DNA of 64,000 nt. Origin: Amoebidium appalachense. Its lineage: Eukaryota > Protista > Ichthyosporea. Position numbers and translations under genes: made by a program. Below, one piece after another: positions 63,595 through 64,000 of the stretch. Numbering within the stretch: the first letter of the stretch is position 1; each line of letters starts with the position of its first letter. The stretch covers positions 1,299,449 to 1,363,448 of the forward strand of contig CAVNZM010000004.1 in the NCBI GenBank assembly GCA_963693365.1, given 5' to 3'. Under the pieces are notes generated by a model that made no database searches, had not been told where the DNA came from, and saw nothing but the letters and a program-made list of their open reading frames with translations.

Positions 63595-64000
63595 TCACAC
63601 ACCCATCACACACCCAAACACACACGTACACACCCACCCAAACACACACGTACACACACACCCAAGCACATGCGCACACACATACCCAAGCACACGCGTG
63701 CACACACACTTAGGCGCACACGAACGCACACACCCAAGCCCGTACGTACACAAACACACAAGCACACGCGTACACACACACACACACGCACACGTACGCA
63801 CACACCCAAGCACACACGTACACACACACCCAAGCACACAAGTACACACACACACACACACGCACACGTACGCACACACCCAAGCACACACGTACACACA
63901 CACCCAAGCACACAAGTACACACACACCCAAGCACACACGTACACACACACCCAAGCACACACGTACACACACACCCAAGCACACACGTATACACACACC
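63595..64000. repeat. CA-derived ~24-bp higher-order repeat (cacacccaagcacacacgtacaca)
   Basis: Directly visible; continues to the end of the window. Confidence 0.8.

Overview
Intron-rich eukaryotic nuclear DNA, saturated with (C)n/(G)n homopolymers and (CA)n/(GT)n/(GA)n microsatellites. Most ORFs in the supplied track are translations of these repeats. Gene content (an SH2 adaptor with many pTyr motifs, an opisthokont-type mitochondrial rRNA fragment) suggests a unicellular holozoan, possibly an ichthyosporean; this is inference. From left to right: (1) a degraded mitochondrial LSU rRNA fragment (NUMT, ~1-330) joined to a ~3.5 kb AT-rich, microsatellite-free block holding a decayed coiled-coil repeat gene with CpG-deamination signatures; (2) an internally deleted Ty1/Copia derivative (~6.2-8.6 kb, -); (3) a frameshifted Gypsy-type gag-protease relic (~18.5-19.8 kb, -); (4) a 10-exon adaptor gene with nine YxN motifs, a Pro-rich region and a C-terminal SH2 domain (20.6-30.5 kb, +); (5) an intronless Aa_trans amino-acid transporter (32.4-33.8 kb, -); (6) a 3-exon type I membrane protein with a beta-helix-like N-terminus, a possible ZP/FRAS1-like module, an RRRRR cleavage site and a tail rich in LxRxxS motifs (39.7-45.1 kb, -); (7) a 5-exon, secreted, bacterial-type short phytochelatin synthase (46.9-50.2 kb, +); (8) a gene of at least 13 exons and unknown function with an RS/RD-rich C-terminus (52.3-59.3 kb, -). 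There are also a 39-bp TIR-only element with an 8-bp TSD, a foldback MITE and several minisatellites. All gene models were spliced by eye from GT-AG sites and phase continuity. No database searches were run.
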